Under the pieces are notes generated by a model, which was not told the origin of the DNA, made no database searches, and worked only from the letters and a program-made list of their open reading frames with translations. A DNA stretch of 64,000 nt from a virus, in the IMG/VR virus record IMGVR_UViG_3300045988_147856. One strand, written 5' to 3'. The translations under genes were made by a program, and so were the position numbers. Shown here piece after piece: positions 52,926-62,845 of the stretch; the first letter of the stretch is position 1, and every line of letters begins with the position of its first letter.

Positions 52926-53921
52926 TTAAGCATTGATGTCATAAACGCCAATCTTGCTGTTAAGAACAAGACCAACGCCGACGGGCTGTATGTACACATA
53001 CTCCTGAGTGAGGTCTGCGTTATCAGTAGCCTCTTTGACATTCATAATGCCAGTACCCTCGTTGACAATCTTAATCGGCTTGTCGTCGCCAGCTATGACA
53101 AACACCTTAGTGTTCGACAGAGCGAAGACATCTGTGCCGGGCTTGTGAGCCTGTTTCATGCGAAGCATCGGAGTACCCGAATACTTGCCATAATAACCGA
53201 AGTTATAGATGTCGTTCTTAGCGTCGTCAGAGACAACAGCGTCAGCGACCTTCTTGAGAGCGCCTCTTGTGCCGCAAATCTTTGCAGATGTGCCCGAAGC
53301 CGCCTCGACATGATCGATAATCTCGTCCATGTTAGCAGTGGTAAACGAACCGCTCTTAACATACTTGTCGCTAAGACCAGCGGTCGAAGCAGAGATATTG
53401 TTGAGGCAAGCCAGAGCATCGAGAGCGAGCTGATTTGTGAAAGCCTTACCAACCATATCGACAAACTCATTGAAGTCAACGCGACCAGACATAAGTCTAA
53501 GCACGTCCTCATAAACGCGAACAGCCTTAGCTGTAGTCTTAATAGTAACAGCCTCGCCCTCGGGGATTCTCTGACGACGAACGCCCTGAATACCAGCCGC
53601 TGCATCAGCGACGATAAGGTCGTTCTCACCCTTAGTAGTGAACTTAGCCTCGTCACCGTCTGCGATATTGCGATACTCGCACAGGCTCATAAGAACCGGG
53701 TCGTTCGCGATACCCTCATTGATTATTGCGGGAAGAAGAATCTCAACAAGGTCAAACACGGGCTTGCCGGGTCTGAAGTCGCGAGCGTTAAGCTTAGTGG
53801 AGCCACCGTTGAGCTCAATAAGAGCATTACGGATGGTCTCGGATGTCTCTGCGGCGGAATACTGTGCGTACTGCTTGCCCTTGATAGCGTCAAGTGCAAC
53901 CTTAACTATGTTGTTATCCAT
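52926..53921 (-). CDS. Major capsid protein
   Basis: 331 aa, positioned after the scaffold and decoration-like genes and followed by a strong terminator. Confidence 0.7.
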   Translation of the reverse strand: MDNNIVKVALDAIKGKQYAQYSAAETSETIRNALIELNGGSTKLNARDFRPGKPVFDLVEILLPAIINEGIANDPVLMSLCEYRNIADGDEAKFTTKGENDLIVADAAAGIQGVRRQRIPEGEAVTIKTTAKAVRVYEDVLRLMSGRVDFNEFVDMVGKAFTNQLALDALACLNNISASTAGLSDKYVKSGSFTTANMDEIIDHVEAASGTSAKICGTRGALKKVADAVVSDDAKNDIYNFGYYGKYSGTPMLRMKQAHKPGTDVFALSNTKVFVIAGDDKPIKIVNEGTGIMNVKEATDNADLTQEYVYIQPVGVGLVLNSKIGVYDINA

Positions 53922-53956
53922 TATTTTTTCACCTCTGTGTAATCTTTGATTCTTGG

Positions 53957-54442
53957 TTAAGCTATTTTGATGACGATCCAGTCGCCCTCAATAGCCTCGA
54001 CAGTGCCAACCTTAGTGGAGCCCTCAGTAAGGGTTTTGACAACATTGCCCTTAGTGCCAGCCTGAAGCTCGACGATATCACCGACCACTATAGCGGCAGC
54101 AGCATCAAGAGCCTCTGCGGTAACAGAGAAATAGCCTCTGACAAGCTTATAGCCACGAAGAATGTCACCAGCCTTGTTCTCGAACTCGCCAAGAGTGTTG
54201 CTGGAAACGGTCTTATCAACCTCGGGAGAAGCAATAAGAACGATGTCGGACAGAGCGGTATTTGCGGCGGGAGTGCTACCAGTATGAACCTCGCGCTCGC
54301 CGGAAATAAGTGCGCCAACCTTAACGAAGTTGCCGTTATCAATTTCAGTATCTTTGCCACTGGGCTGATACTTGACGGAAACAAGGTCGCCGCCAAAAAC
54401 AGTGCCAGTCAGATTATCAGTTCTAACTTTTGCGTGTACCAT
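53957..54442 (-). CDS. Capsid-associated protein (decoration or scaffold-like)
   Basis: Lies between the scaffold-like gene and the MCP. Confidence 0.35.
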   Translation of the reverse strand: MVHAKVRTDNLTGTVFGGDLVSVKYQPSGKDTEIDNGNFVKVGALISGEREVHTGSTPAANTALSDIVLIASPEVDKTVSSNTLGEFENKAGDILRGYKLVRGYFSVTAEALDAAAAIVVGDIVELQAGTKGNVVKTLTEGSTKVGTVEAIEGDWIVIKIA

Positions 54443-54474
54443 TGTATTAACCTCTTTCTTTTTACAAAAATAAA

Positions 54475-54494
54475 GCCCACCTTGTGCGGTGGGT
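54475..54494 (-). terminator. Intrinsic terminator
   Basis: ACCCACC GCACAA GGTGGGC followed by TTTATTTTT on the minus strand. Confidence 0.55.
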
Positions 54495-54501
54495 AAATAA
54501 A

Positions 54502-55920
54502 TTATTTACGAGAATATGTTCTGAAGAAATCATCTACATAACTTGTAGACTCTTGTGTGTTGGGCAGAAGCCCAGCTTTTACCGTCTTTGCAGAGCCATA
54601 CTGACCGCGAATAGCAAAGCACTCTTTGCGCAGGTCGTCTGCGGAGAACTCATAAGCCTTAGCCTTGAGGTCGCGGAACGACTCAAATCTATTCAGATCG
54701 CTGAACTCTCCAAGAACCGCGTCACACTCAGCCCTATGAGCTTTGTCTTCAACATCTCTCTTGAAGTCGCGAAGCACAGTCACCTCAAGCTTCATAGCGT
54801 CGAGAGCCGCAACCTCTTCGTCTGTCAGCCATCTCGGCTGTATATGAACCCACTCGTCGCCGACGGTCACTTTACCGTTCGACTTGTCAAGAGTGTACGG
54901 GCACTTAAAATGGTCTTCATTACCGTCTTCATACGAATACTTTTCGATATAGACATAATTGTCATCGCAGTCCATCACCCAATAGCTATGAGCATCATCG
55001 CCGAGAGAGCGAACCGCTTCTCGCACGGCGTCAAGCTTTTGCATATAAGTCATTGAAAACTCTTCTGTAGGCTCCTCAACCTCGACAGGTTCTTCAGTTT
55101 CCACAAGGGGTTCTTGAGCCATAGCCTCAATTTCACCTCTTGCAACAAGGTCAACCTCGACAGCGGGAGCTTCTTCGATAGTAGTCTCCTGCTCAAGCTC
55201 CATATCTTTCTTGTCTTCCATAGCGTTACCTCCTTTCTTGCGCAGAGCAAAATAATTAGCGCATTGCTCTTTAAGTTTCAGCATTACATCATCAAAGTTG
55301 CTATTATCAAGCTCAAACTCTTCAGGTTTGTACACTTTGGATGAGATAAAGCAGGGTTCGGTATGCTCTTCGGGATTGTCTGACATACCGAGGAGGCAGA
55401 GTTTCAGGAAGTTAAAATCAAGTATTTCCTGATAATTGGAGTCCTCAGCTAAAGGTCTCGACTGCTTGACCTCTATCTCCATACTCTCCCCGAAATATAC
55501 GTCGTCGGAATATATAGCCGACATAAGTTCGGGAACGTGCTCGGTATAGAGGATGCACTTACAGACCAGATAGGTTACTGACTCGCCGTACTCCTCTATC
55601 TCGCGGAACTCAAAACTGTCATTTACAACACAACCAACCACTTGGGTCAGCGGCTTAAAATTCCAGTTTTCATCTATCGTATAGTCATGACCGCCAATAA
55701 ACACACCTGTACCGTCGTCTCTTTCAATAAGATGGGCGACAATGGGAAGATAGTTCAGACCGTACATCTCTTTCTCGATAGTCTCGCGTGAGATATAAGA
55801 GTAGTTTCGATTTTTGCCACACCCACAAACAGTACATTCCGCAAGCGTAAAATTCTCATTCAGCTTTTGGAGCGGAGTGATTTTTGAAAAGGTGTGAATT
55901 TGAGACACTTTTCCTTCCAT
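54502..55920 (-). CDS. Putative scaffolding / prohead-processing protein
   Basis: Strong RBS AAGGAAGGAGG precedes the ATG at 55920, inside listed ORF 54502..56019. It has an acidic central region and lies downstream of the portal. Confidence 0.4.
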   Translation of the reverse strand: MEGKVSQIHTFSKITPLQKLNENFTLAECTVCGCGKNRNYSYISRETIEKEMYGLNYLPIVAHLIERDDGTGVFIGGHDYTIDENWNFKPLTQVVGCVVNDSFEFREIEEYGESVTYLVCKCILYTEHVPELMSAIYSDDVYFGESMEIEVKQSRPLAEDSNYQEILDFNFLKLCLLGMSDNPEEHTEPCFISSKVYKPEEFELDNSNFDDVMLKLKEQCANYFALRKKGGNAMEDKKDMELEQETTIEEAPAVEVDLVARGEIEAMAQEPLVETEEPVEVEEPTEEFSMTYMQKLDAVREAVRSLGDDAHSYWVMDCDDNYVYIEKYSYEDGNEDHFKCPYTLDKSNGKVTVGDEWVHIQPRWLTDEEVAALDAMKLEVTVLRDFKRDVEDKAHRAECDAVLGEFSDLNRFESFRDLKAKAYEFSADDLRKECFAIRGQYGSAKTVKAGLLPNTQESTSYVDDFFRTYSRK

Positions 55921-56122
55921 GTTTCCTCCTTCCTTGAAAATGTAGTTTATTGCTGTATATGAACTTTGTATCGCTGAATTTGCTATGTACAATGTCCAAC
56001 AGCTCGGGTGTAGCCTCAAACATCGCTATGTCGATGTCATTGATTTTTTCCCGAATATAACTAAACCCCGCGTCACTAAGAGCCTTAATGACTGCGGGGT
56101 CTGCTATCTTAATATAGTTCAT
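55856..56122 (-). CDS. Hypothetical small protein
   Basis: ORF between the portal and the scaffold. Its 3' end overlaps the next gene. Confidence 0.35.
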   Translation of the reverse strand: MNYIKIADPAVIKALSDAGFSYIREKINDIDIAMFEATPELLDIVHSKFSDTKFIYSNKLHFQGRRKHGRKSVSNSHLFKNHSAPKAE

Positions 56123-56140
56123 TTGTTATTCTCCTTCGGA

Positions 56141-57634
56141 CTACTGCTTATCGCGTGTCCTTGCGCCCTCATCAGACAGGTCGCTTTCATCCTCTGCGGG
56201 ACGCCCTATCTCTTCGGACGAAGTTGTGTGTGAGCTCAGGAGCGGCTTAAGCTTATCAACGCCAATAATATCGTTTTCAATGCGATTAAGCCCAGACACC
56301 ATAAGAGGAGTCAAGCCGAGAGCCGCAAAATACATACTGGGAGTTACGCCATATGTAGCCGCTTCCTTATATATACCAACGATATCCTTGCGATTGTAGA
56401 TAGTAGTTGACAAGAACTGTACTTGGAACTTGATAGTTCCGCTGAGATATTTAAGATGTCTGTTGACAAGCCTCTGCGCGTTACCCAAGAATCCAAGCAA
56501 CAGCTCTGAGTCGGTGGTTATAGCAAGGCTCATACCGCCCGATGTATCTGTTTTACCGCCGTGAAGAACGCTGTTTGAACCGCAGTTCTCCCAATACTGT
56601 TCGACCGAGCGGGTAACAATATCGACTGTGCTTATACCTCTGTCTTGATCGAAGTTGAAATCCTCGACCTTGAACGGGAGTACAGCCGCGCCAACCTGCG
56701 GAGGAAGCGCATTGCAGAGGTGAGTGTAATACTGCATTGCCAAATTCCAATCTATCGTCGGCGCTCCCTGACTATCAAGGTCGATTCTGCCGACAAGTAC
56801 CTTATAATTAGCAAGCTCGGTAGCCGTCTCCTGCAACGCCTTATAGTTCTCTATATCCAACAGGTCGGGGAGACAACCAACATAAGGCGGTATGAACGCA
56901 CCTTGGTCGCCGTCTGCGGTGCAGAACGGGAGACACCAAGATATCTCTTCGGGGACGAACTGTCTCTTAACGCCATCAGATTTATAGGCGTTCCACATCT
57001 TGGTAAACTCGGGTGGATAAAATCCAAGCTCGTCCTCTTTAATCTGAGACATATCAACTGTATAGAGATAAGTACCGTCAGCGATAGCCTCAACAGTGCA
57101 ATAATCAGCGTTGATTTTTTGAATGAAGAACGAATCGCCAGACTCCCATGACACGCCAAAGAAGATTCCCTCGCGTACCGCACTCACGGCAGCCTTGGAA
57201 AGCTCGTTCTTCAGATTCCAAACCTCACACTTTTTAGCCGCAGCAAGATATTGCTTCTGAAGATTATTAGCTTTCATCTTAGACTCATCATATCCAAGAG
57301 GGTAAAGCACATAATCCCACAGCCACATATTTGCTTGATAGTTAATAAGGCGACGATACAGCGGCGAAGCATTGTAAAGATACATCGACGCATTGCGAAG
57401 ACTCTTTGCGTTTGTTGACGGGTTTTTAAGCCACGTCAGAATATTTTCCTTTGTATAGGTGGAGTACGATTGACCTCGGCTCTGCTGTGAGGACGCAGGA
57501 TTGCTTATATTCCTTTGAGCTATTTTCTGTGCATACAGAAGAGCTTTATGAAATTCCGCCTTTGCCGCTTCAAGATCGACTTTCCTTTGCTCTTCAGGCG
57601 AGAGCGGCGGAGCAGTTTCTTTCTTTTTTGCCAC
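56141..57634 (-). CDS. Portal protein
   Basis: 497 aa immediately downstream of the large terminase. Confidence 0.7.
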   Translation of the reverse strand: MAKKKETAPPLSPEEQRKVDLEAAKAEFHKALLYAQKIAQRNISNPASSQQSRGQSYSTYTKENILTWLKNPSTNAKSLRNASMYLYNASPLYRRLINYQANMWLWDYVLYPLGYDESKMKANNLQKQYLAAAKKCEVWNLKNELSKAAVSAVREGIFFGVSWESGDSFFIQKINADYCTVEAIADGTYLYTVDMSQIKEDELGFYPPEFTKMWNAYKSDGVKRQFVPEEISWCLPFCTADGDQGAFIPPYVGCLPDLLDIENYKALQETATELANYKVLVGRIDLDSQGAPTIDWNLAMQYYTHLCNALPPQVGAAVLPFKVEDFNFDQDRGISTVDIVTRSVEQYWENCGSNSVLHGGKTDTSGGMSLAITTDSELLLGFLGNAQRLVNRHLKYLSGTIKFQVQFLSTTIYNRKDIVGIYKEAATYGVTPSMYFAALGLTPLMVSGLNRIENDIIGVDKLKPLLSSHTTSSEEIGRPAEDESDLSDEGARTRDKQ

Positions 57635-57649
57635 TTCGCGTCTCCTTTC

Positions 57650-59419
57650 TTATTTAATAATAGGTTTCTTGAACGCAAACACTTTACGCTCGGGTGGTTT
57701 GTTGCTGGGCTTAAGCTTTCTCTCAAGCTCTTGAACAACCCAATAGTTGTAGCCGACCGATGACACTCGGTCTTTTCTCATACCGGACTGCTCTTTGACT
57801 TTTATTAAAGTACCTGTAGGTGTGTACTTTAGGCTTATTATTTCGTTAATAAAAAGCGTTGTGTGAATATATGGAAGCAGAACTTTACGCTTTAGCTCAG
57901 CGTCGTCAAGTATGGCTTGAACAATACCTCTCGGAAGTTCGTAGAAGTCATTTTCGGAACTAAGGAGTTTAATCTTATTCTGTTTGAAGCCGTCACGCAA
58001 CGCAAGATACATATCATTATTAAACTGACTTGTAGCCTGTATTGCCCAAATAACCTTTTTAGCCTCTCTATCTGTGCAACGAGCCGCGTACACATCGTCA
58101 TTACAACAACTAAGTGGCGGGTAAGTGACATTGTACTCCGGGTCATATATGTCGCGCACGAGAGCGTCGTACACGCCTATACCAAGACCCTTAACATCGA
58201 GCGCTATATCAGTACAATGGAACTGCTCGTACAACCTGCGTATGCGCAGAGCGAGGTCGTTCGTATGAAGTCCCTCGTGATTCTCCGTATATATAAGGTT
58301 GCTGATATATCTGTTCTCCGAATTGGGTATAGCCCTATTAATCCATATAGACGCGGCGTCGTTATTTTGCTTCTTAGAAGCCAACAGCGCAACGTCGGCA
58401 GAGAGAACACGACGCTCATTAAATGCAAGCGGTGGTATCTTCTGTTTATAATTAGGTATAAGAGAGCTGATATAGTCGGGATATAGGGCTTGTTTTATCT
58501 GACGAGTTTTAGCTATATCATCGTAAGAGAACAGCGAGCCGTCCGTATCTCCGAACCACAAGCACTCCATCTCCATACCGAACGTCGTCTCTGACTGGTC
58601 GCCCTCGGAAAGCTCGTCCGCTATCTGATTCTTGTCAAGCAGGTGCTCTTTTATCGAAAGCTGATAGGGAAGCCCGCAGGTGAAATATTTGCGTTGATCA
58701 TCACTCATATTCTTCGCGTATGCCTGAAGCTTGCCGAAAGACCAATGTGACTTATACCATGCAGACGAGAGATAAACTTCTTTGTTTCTCTCCGTTAAAT
58801 GTGCATATTTGGGATTGTTAAGATATCCCGGACTTCTCGGAGCCGTCAAAAATCTTTTGAGAACCGTTTGCATAATAGTAAGCGGTATCATGCGAAACTC
58901 ATCGCAGATATTAATATTAGCTCTGTTGTGTCGAGCTTCATCGTTTGCAGTTACGACGAATATACGGGATGTGTTCCTAAACACAATCTCCGCTTTGGAC
59001 TGATTTATTGTTATGCCCTTCGGCTCTATCTCTAACTGAAGATTAGCGGAGTTGGGCATAAGAATCGTTTGTATTTTCGTTAAGACCTCGACGGACTGTC
59101 CACGGGTCTTAGACGCAATACAGATACCCGTACCGGGGTACAAAATACAACGCACACAGCAGAACACGGCGACTAAGAAGGTTTTTCCCTGACCTCTTGC
59201 TGCGATGTACATTGTATGGTCGTACCAGTTCATCATATACAAGATTATCTGCTGAAAAAGCTTAAGCTTAATATTAAGATAATCCAAGCAAAAACGGTGA
59301 GGATTAGCCCTATAGAACGAACACCATGCGTCCACGCCGTTCATAATTCGTTTAGCCTTATCGTTGGCTAACTCGCGATCGCTGAGCTTATTCCGTGTCG
59401 CCATAATCTTCACCGTCAC
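57650..59419 (-). CDS. terL: Terminase large subunit
   Basis: Walker A-like IAARGQGKT. Nuclease half is C-terminal. The ATG at 59404 is an alternative start. Confidence 0.8.
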   Translation of the reverse strand: MTVKIMATRNKLSDRELANDKAKRIMNGVDAWCSFYRANPHRFCLDYLNIKLKLFQQIILYMMNWYDHTMYIAARGQGKTFLVAVFCCVRCILYPGTGICIASKTRGQSVEVLTKIQTILMPNSANLQLEIEPKGITINQSKAEIVFRNTSRIFVVTANDEARHNRANINICDEFRMIPLTIMQTVLKRFLTAPRSPGYLNNPKYAHLTERNKEVYLSSAWYKSHWSFGKLQAYAKNMSDDQRKYFTCGLPYQLSIKEHLLDKNQIADELSEGDQSETTFGMEMECLWFGDTDGSLFSYDDIAKTRQIKQALYPDYISSLIPNYKQKIPPLAFNERRVLSADVALLASKKQNNDAASIWINRAIPNSENRYISNLIYTENHEGLHTNDLALRIRRLYEQFHCTDIALDVKGLGIGVYDALVRDIYDPEYNVTYPPLSCCNDDVYAARCTDREAKKVIWAIQATSQFNNDMYLALRDGFKQNKIKLLSSENDFYELPRGIVQAILDDAELKRKVLLPYIHTTLFINEIISLKYTPTGTLIKVKEQSGMRKDRVSSVGYNYWVVQELERKLKPSNKPPERKVFAFKKPIIK

Positions 59420-60419
59420 TTATAATGGCGTCCAGCAGTGCGTCGTCGTCTCCTTCGTATTCAGGCATCTCAACACGATATTTTGCCATCTCTTCCTCAT
59501 AAGCCGCACTGTATTTGTTCTGTACTCCCAACATCTTGCAAAGATGTCCCAAAAAATATACCGTTATATACTTGCGAATATTATCAACATCCTGCCATTC
59601 GGGGAGCGGCTCTGAAATGGGGCGTTCGTTCTCCCATTTCTTGATAAGAGTGCCAAAGGTATTTTGCTCAACCATAGCATTTTCGTTATTCTGACTTGGC
59701 TTTAAGTTTGCTGTGCCGAGGAGGTCTTGAAATACCTTAAGTGCCTCCACAAGCTTCATAGACCCCTTGCCTTGCTGAGCTTTTAGAATATTGAGCTGAG
59801 CGATGCACAGGTTTTTGAAGACCTCTTCCTGCGATTTAGTAGAACACTCATGCCGTGAAGTCCAGTCATCGTATTGCTCCTGAAGAAACTTAAGCTCTTC
59901 GGGTTCGAATCCGCCACCGAAGAACGCCAAGGTCTTCTGCTTTATTTTGATTTCGGAACTATTGTTCTTTAGATCTTCTACGTCATTAATGACAGTTTCC
60001 TCGTCGCGTATAGTATCGTCGTAAGTTTTACCTTGATAACAACGCAAGGACATTTTAGACACATATGAGCTCATGCGGCTGAACGACGCCGAACTCTTCT
60101 CAGTTGCATCGTATATCCTTTTCGAGAAATACCAGTCGAACTTCTGACATAGACGCTTCGTCGCCTCCATCTCTGAGCCAAGTTCGTCGGTATACAATTC
60201 AAACAGCTCCTCGACGCACGAGCGACACACGGGGATAAATCCGTCGTTGCCAACATGAATAGGGGATTGCGATCTATAAAAGTTACCAGTAAGTTTAGTA
60301 TATTTTTTGCCGCACATGGTGCAGTAGAACTCGGTTCGACCGTTGGACGACGCGGGCTTTTTCTTTTTCTTAGAGGTCGATTTAGAGCGACCTATTGAGT
60401 TTTGAGCTATGTTACCCAC
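59388..60419 (-). CDS. terS: Putative terminase small subunit / DNA-recognition protein with a zinc ribbon
   Basis: Lies upstream of terL. CTMCG...CRSC. Confidence 0.45.
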   Translation of the reverse strand: MGNIAQNSIGRSKSTSKKKKKPASSNGRTEFYCTMCGKKYTKLTGNFYRSQSPIHVGNDGFIPVCRSCVEELFELYTDELGSEMEATKRLCQKFDWYFSKRIYDATEKSSASFSRMSSYVSKMSLRCYQGKTYDDTIRDEETVINDVEDLKNNSSEIKIKQKTLAFFGGGFEPEELKFLQEQYDDWTSRHECSTKSQEEVFKNLCIAQLNILKAQQGKGSMKLVEALKVFQDLLGTANLKPSQNNENAMVEQNTFGTLIKKWENERPISEPLPEWQDVDNIRKYITVYFLGHLCKMLGVQNKYSAAYEEEMAKYRVEMPEYEGDDDALLDAIISDGEDYGDTE

Positions 60420-60470
60420 ATCCTTTACATATAAAAATAGCGCCCCTATACGGGACGCAAAAAGTTAAAT

Positions 60471-60544
60471 TGGCGGCGCTTGCAGGATTTGAACCTACAC
60501 TATCAGAGCCAAAATCTGATGTGCTGCCCTTACACCAAAGCGCT
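60471..60544 (-). tRNA. tRNA-Gln (UUG)
   Basis: - Hand-folded cloverleaf.
- Anticodon stem UCAGA/UCUGA with loop UUUUGGC.
- T-loop GGUUCAAAUCC.
- Encoded CCA.
- Positions 1:72 are an A-C mismatch. Confidence 0.75.
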
Positions 60545-60858
60545 GTATTGCAGGACTCGGGCGGATATCGCTTGCATAATACCCGCCCAAAGTTCTGCTT
60601 AAGGAGGAATGAAATTTTGAAGCCGCTTGCAAGCAGCCGACAAAATGGAGTTGTCTAATTGAACCGCCCATATGGGCGGTATTTGTAAAACTAAGGAAAC
60701 GTCGTAACGCTTCCTATACAAAGGCGAATGAGCCTTTTGATAACCTAAGTTAAAATCCAAGTCACGTCTTTTCGTCAGCCATCGTTTTACCGTCCGCAAA
60801 CTTGTGCGCCCGATTCGTCCCGGAACGCCCGATACTTAACTTCTCGCGCTTGGATTTT

Positions 60859-60933
60859 TGGAGCATCCTGCGTGACTCGAACACGCAACCCGCTGCTTAC
60901 AAGGCAGCCGCTCTACCATTGAGCCAAGGATGC
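60859..60933 (-). tRNA. tRNA-Thr (UGU)
   Basis: - Canonical 75-nt cloverleaf.
- Acceptor GCAUCCU/AGGAUGC.
- Anticodon loop CUUGUAA.
- T-loop UUCGAGU.
- Encoded CCA. Confidence 0.85.
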
Positions 60934-61042
60934 ATATACTCGGATTTGATATCGCTGGGACACATCATAGAGAGGTGCGGATAGTCTGACGTACCGAGCT
61001 TGTGGCGCAACCCCACACGTCCCCGCTGTACACACGGGATAT

Positions 61043-61118
61043 TGGTTGCGGAGGCGGGACTTGAACCCACGACCTTTAGGGCATGAACCTAATGAGCTAC
61101 CAACTGCTCCACTCCGCT
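61043..61118 (-). tRNA. tRNA with a CAU anticodon (Met; Ile2 or initiator not excluded)
   Basis: - D arm GAGC AGUUGGUA GCUC.
- Anticodon loop UUCAUGC.
- T-loop UUCAAGU.
- Encoded CCA.
- Positions 1:72 are an A-A mismatch. Confidence 0.75.
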
Positions 61119-61284
61119 ATATAAAACAACAGCAAGCAAACCGTCTAACAATTGTCTAACACCATTATTATTTAGCGATTTTTCGCACCATGCGAACCGT
61201 TTATTAATTGCGTTATATAGGTAAAATCACGGCTTTACACTGCATGGAATCGAATGACACTGTTTGATATTCGCGTCACAACCA

Positions 61285-61329
61285 CTGTTAACCGCAGGGT
61301 CGTTGGTTCGAGTCCAACAGGGGGAGCCA
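61285..61329 (+). other. attP core: copy of the 3' 45 nt of a tRNA-Asn (GUU) gene, from the anticodon loop to CCA
   Basis: - CTGTTAACCGCAGGGTCGTTGGTTCGAGTCCAACAGGGGGAGCCA.
- No matching 5' acceptor or D arm lies upstream.
- The fragment lies 85 nt from the integrase stop. Confidence 0.7.
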
Positions 61330-61335
61330 TCTCAG

Positions 61336-61375
61336 AAGCCTTGAGCCTCAACGGGTTCAGGGCTTTTTCTTTTTC
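61336..61375 (+). terminator. Terminator carried with the tRNA fragment
   Basis: GCCTTGAGCCTCAACGGGTTCAGGGC followed by TTTTTCTTTTT. Confidence 0.55.
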
Positions 61376-61413
61376 TAAAATAGCTCGAAATTCCCATGTG
61401 TCTAACGTTTTGT

Positions 61414-62568
61414 CTAACACGCCTGAGCTAAAGTTTCGCGAATAATTTCAGAGGTCATCTTTTTCCTCGACAAATCAAGGTGTCCATATATATTACAAGT
61501 CATCTTTATATCGGCGTGACCCATCCAATCTTGGACGTCCTTGAGTGAACAACCTTTGGCGAGAAGAAGGCTCGCACAACTATGTCTTAGATCGTGGAAT
61601 CTTATATGCGGGAGATTATATTTTCTCAATAGGTCTCCGAATTTGTGCGATATATATGACGGGTCATACATTGCGCCATTCGCCCATTTGAAGATATAAT
61701 CATTCTCCACATAGGTGTCTCCAAAGAACTCTCTGTTCTTCTGTTCCTCTTCTTTGAGCTGAAGCAGTAGCTCTCTAATTTCAGGAAACAGCGGAAACGA
61801 CCGATAACTTGATTTGTTTTTGGTTTTGTCTTTCTCGACAACCTTGGTTGACATAGAGACCGTGTGGCGTATAAGGATAGTATTTGTGTCAAAATCAATG
61901 CTTTGCCACTGTAGACCCAAAACCTCACTGCGCCGCAGTCCATACATGACTGTAGTTTGGATGAGCGGATGCAAAGGTTCGTCCTTTATGGTCTCAAGCA
62001 GAGTGTTAATTTCACTGGCGTTATACCACTCATACTCCCGTCTCTCAAGTTTTGGGAGTCTCACGAGTTCACAAGGATTTGTACTTATCAGCCTGTGTCG
62101 CATAGCCTCCTTAAAGGCAAGCTGAAGAACATTCTTGTGCAGACGAAGGGTTTTAGGTGATAGACCGCCATTCCCATCTTTTCTGCCGTGGGTCGCCTTA
62201 TAGTCAAAATATTGCTGTATATTGTCAAGGTTGGCATCCACTAATTTTATTTTGTGTTCCTCAAAATACGGTTGAACATGAGAATCAACTATAACCTTAT
62301 AACCGTCCCAAGTTACAGTATCTATAAACGGCTTAGTCTCCGTGAGCCACTGGTCTAAGTAGTCCGAGATAAGTATATTGGGTTCATAAATCAGCTGAGC
62401 ACTTTCATACTCGCTAATTATTGACCGCATAGCCGCCTCAGCTTTACGCAGATTATTCTTTACTTCATAACCTGTGTAAACCCACTTCTGCTTACGCTTT
62501 CCAGTGTTGTCTACGAAATTCAGAACGGCATAATATTTGCCGCGTTTTGCTTGCAAGCTTCCTGTCAA
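61414..62568 (-). CDS. int: Tyrosine integrase
   Basis: SAM-like N-domain and a catalytic C-terminus (HDLRHSCASLLL...GHADIKMTCNIYGH). Confidence 0.9.
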   Translation of the reverse strand: MTGSLQAKRGKYYAVLNFVDNTGKRKQKWVYTGYEVKNNLRKAEAAMRSIISEYESAQLIYEPNILISDYLDQWLTETKPFIDTVTWDGYKVIVDSHVQPYFEEHKIKLVDANLDNIQQYFDYKATHGRKDGNGGLSPKTLRLHKNVLQLAFKEAMRHRLISTNPCELVRLPKLERREYEWYNASEINTLLETIKDEPLHPLIQTTVMYGLRRSEVLGLQWQSIDFDTNTILIRHTVSMSTKVVEKDKTKNKSSYRSFPLFPEIRELLLQLKEEEQKNREFFGDTYVENDYIFKWANGAMYDPSYISHKFGDLLRKYNLPHIRFHDLRHSCASLLLAKGCSLKDVQDWMGHADIKMTCNIYGHLDLSRKKMTSEIIRETLAQAC

Positions 62569-62635
62569 TTAAATAATCTCCTTTCTGTAGTCCGCTTGCT
62601 GTTGTACGGTCATTTTAGCACAACAGCGCAAAATG

Positions 62636-62812
62636 TCAACTACCGGCAGAAAGAAAATTTTCAATACTCTTTTTAGTAATTAAGTAGCTTGTACCTATAC
62701 GAACAGAGGGAATAGTACCGTTATGTATAAGGTCATACGCAGCCTTTCTTCCTATTCGCAACATTGTCTGCATTTCTTTAACAGTTACCACATCAGGATA
62801 ATTGTCAAACAA
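62636..62812 (-). CDS. xis: Excisionase-type HTH protein (58 aa, below the ORF-track cutoff)
   Basis: TTG start. MFDNYPDVVTVKEMQTMLRIGRKAAYDLIHNGTIPSVRIGTSYLITKKSIENFL is an HTH_17/excisionase pattern. Confidence 0.6.
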   Translation of the reverse strand: MFDNYPDVVTVKEMQTMLRIGRKAAYDLIHNGTIPSVRIGTSYLITKKSIENFLSAGS

Positions 62813-62845
62813 TCAAATCATTCCATTTCCTTTAAATTTTATCAA

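Noticed and set aside
60545-60858. Possible fourth tRNA or tmRNA in the long spacer (TGG...TTGAACC-like string at 60646-60665).
   Set aside because: The GGGCGG stem partner lies upstream rather than downstream of the TTCAATT loop. No T-arm or acceptor stem can form, and no tag ORF is present.
60395-61445. Listed ORFs 60395..60658(+), 60599..60799(-), 60802..60984(+), 61235..61420(-) and 61254..61445(+).
   Set aside because: They run through tRNA genes, the tRNA-Asn fragment or hairpin-rich spacers. They lack ribosome-binding sites.
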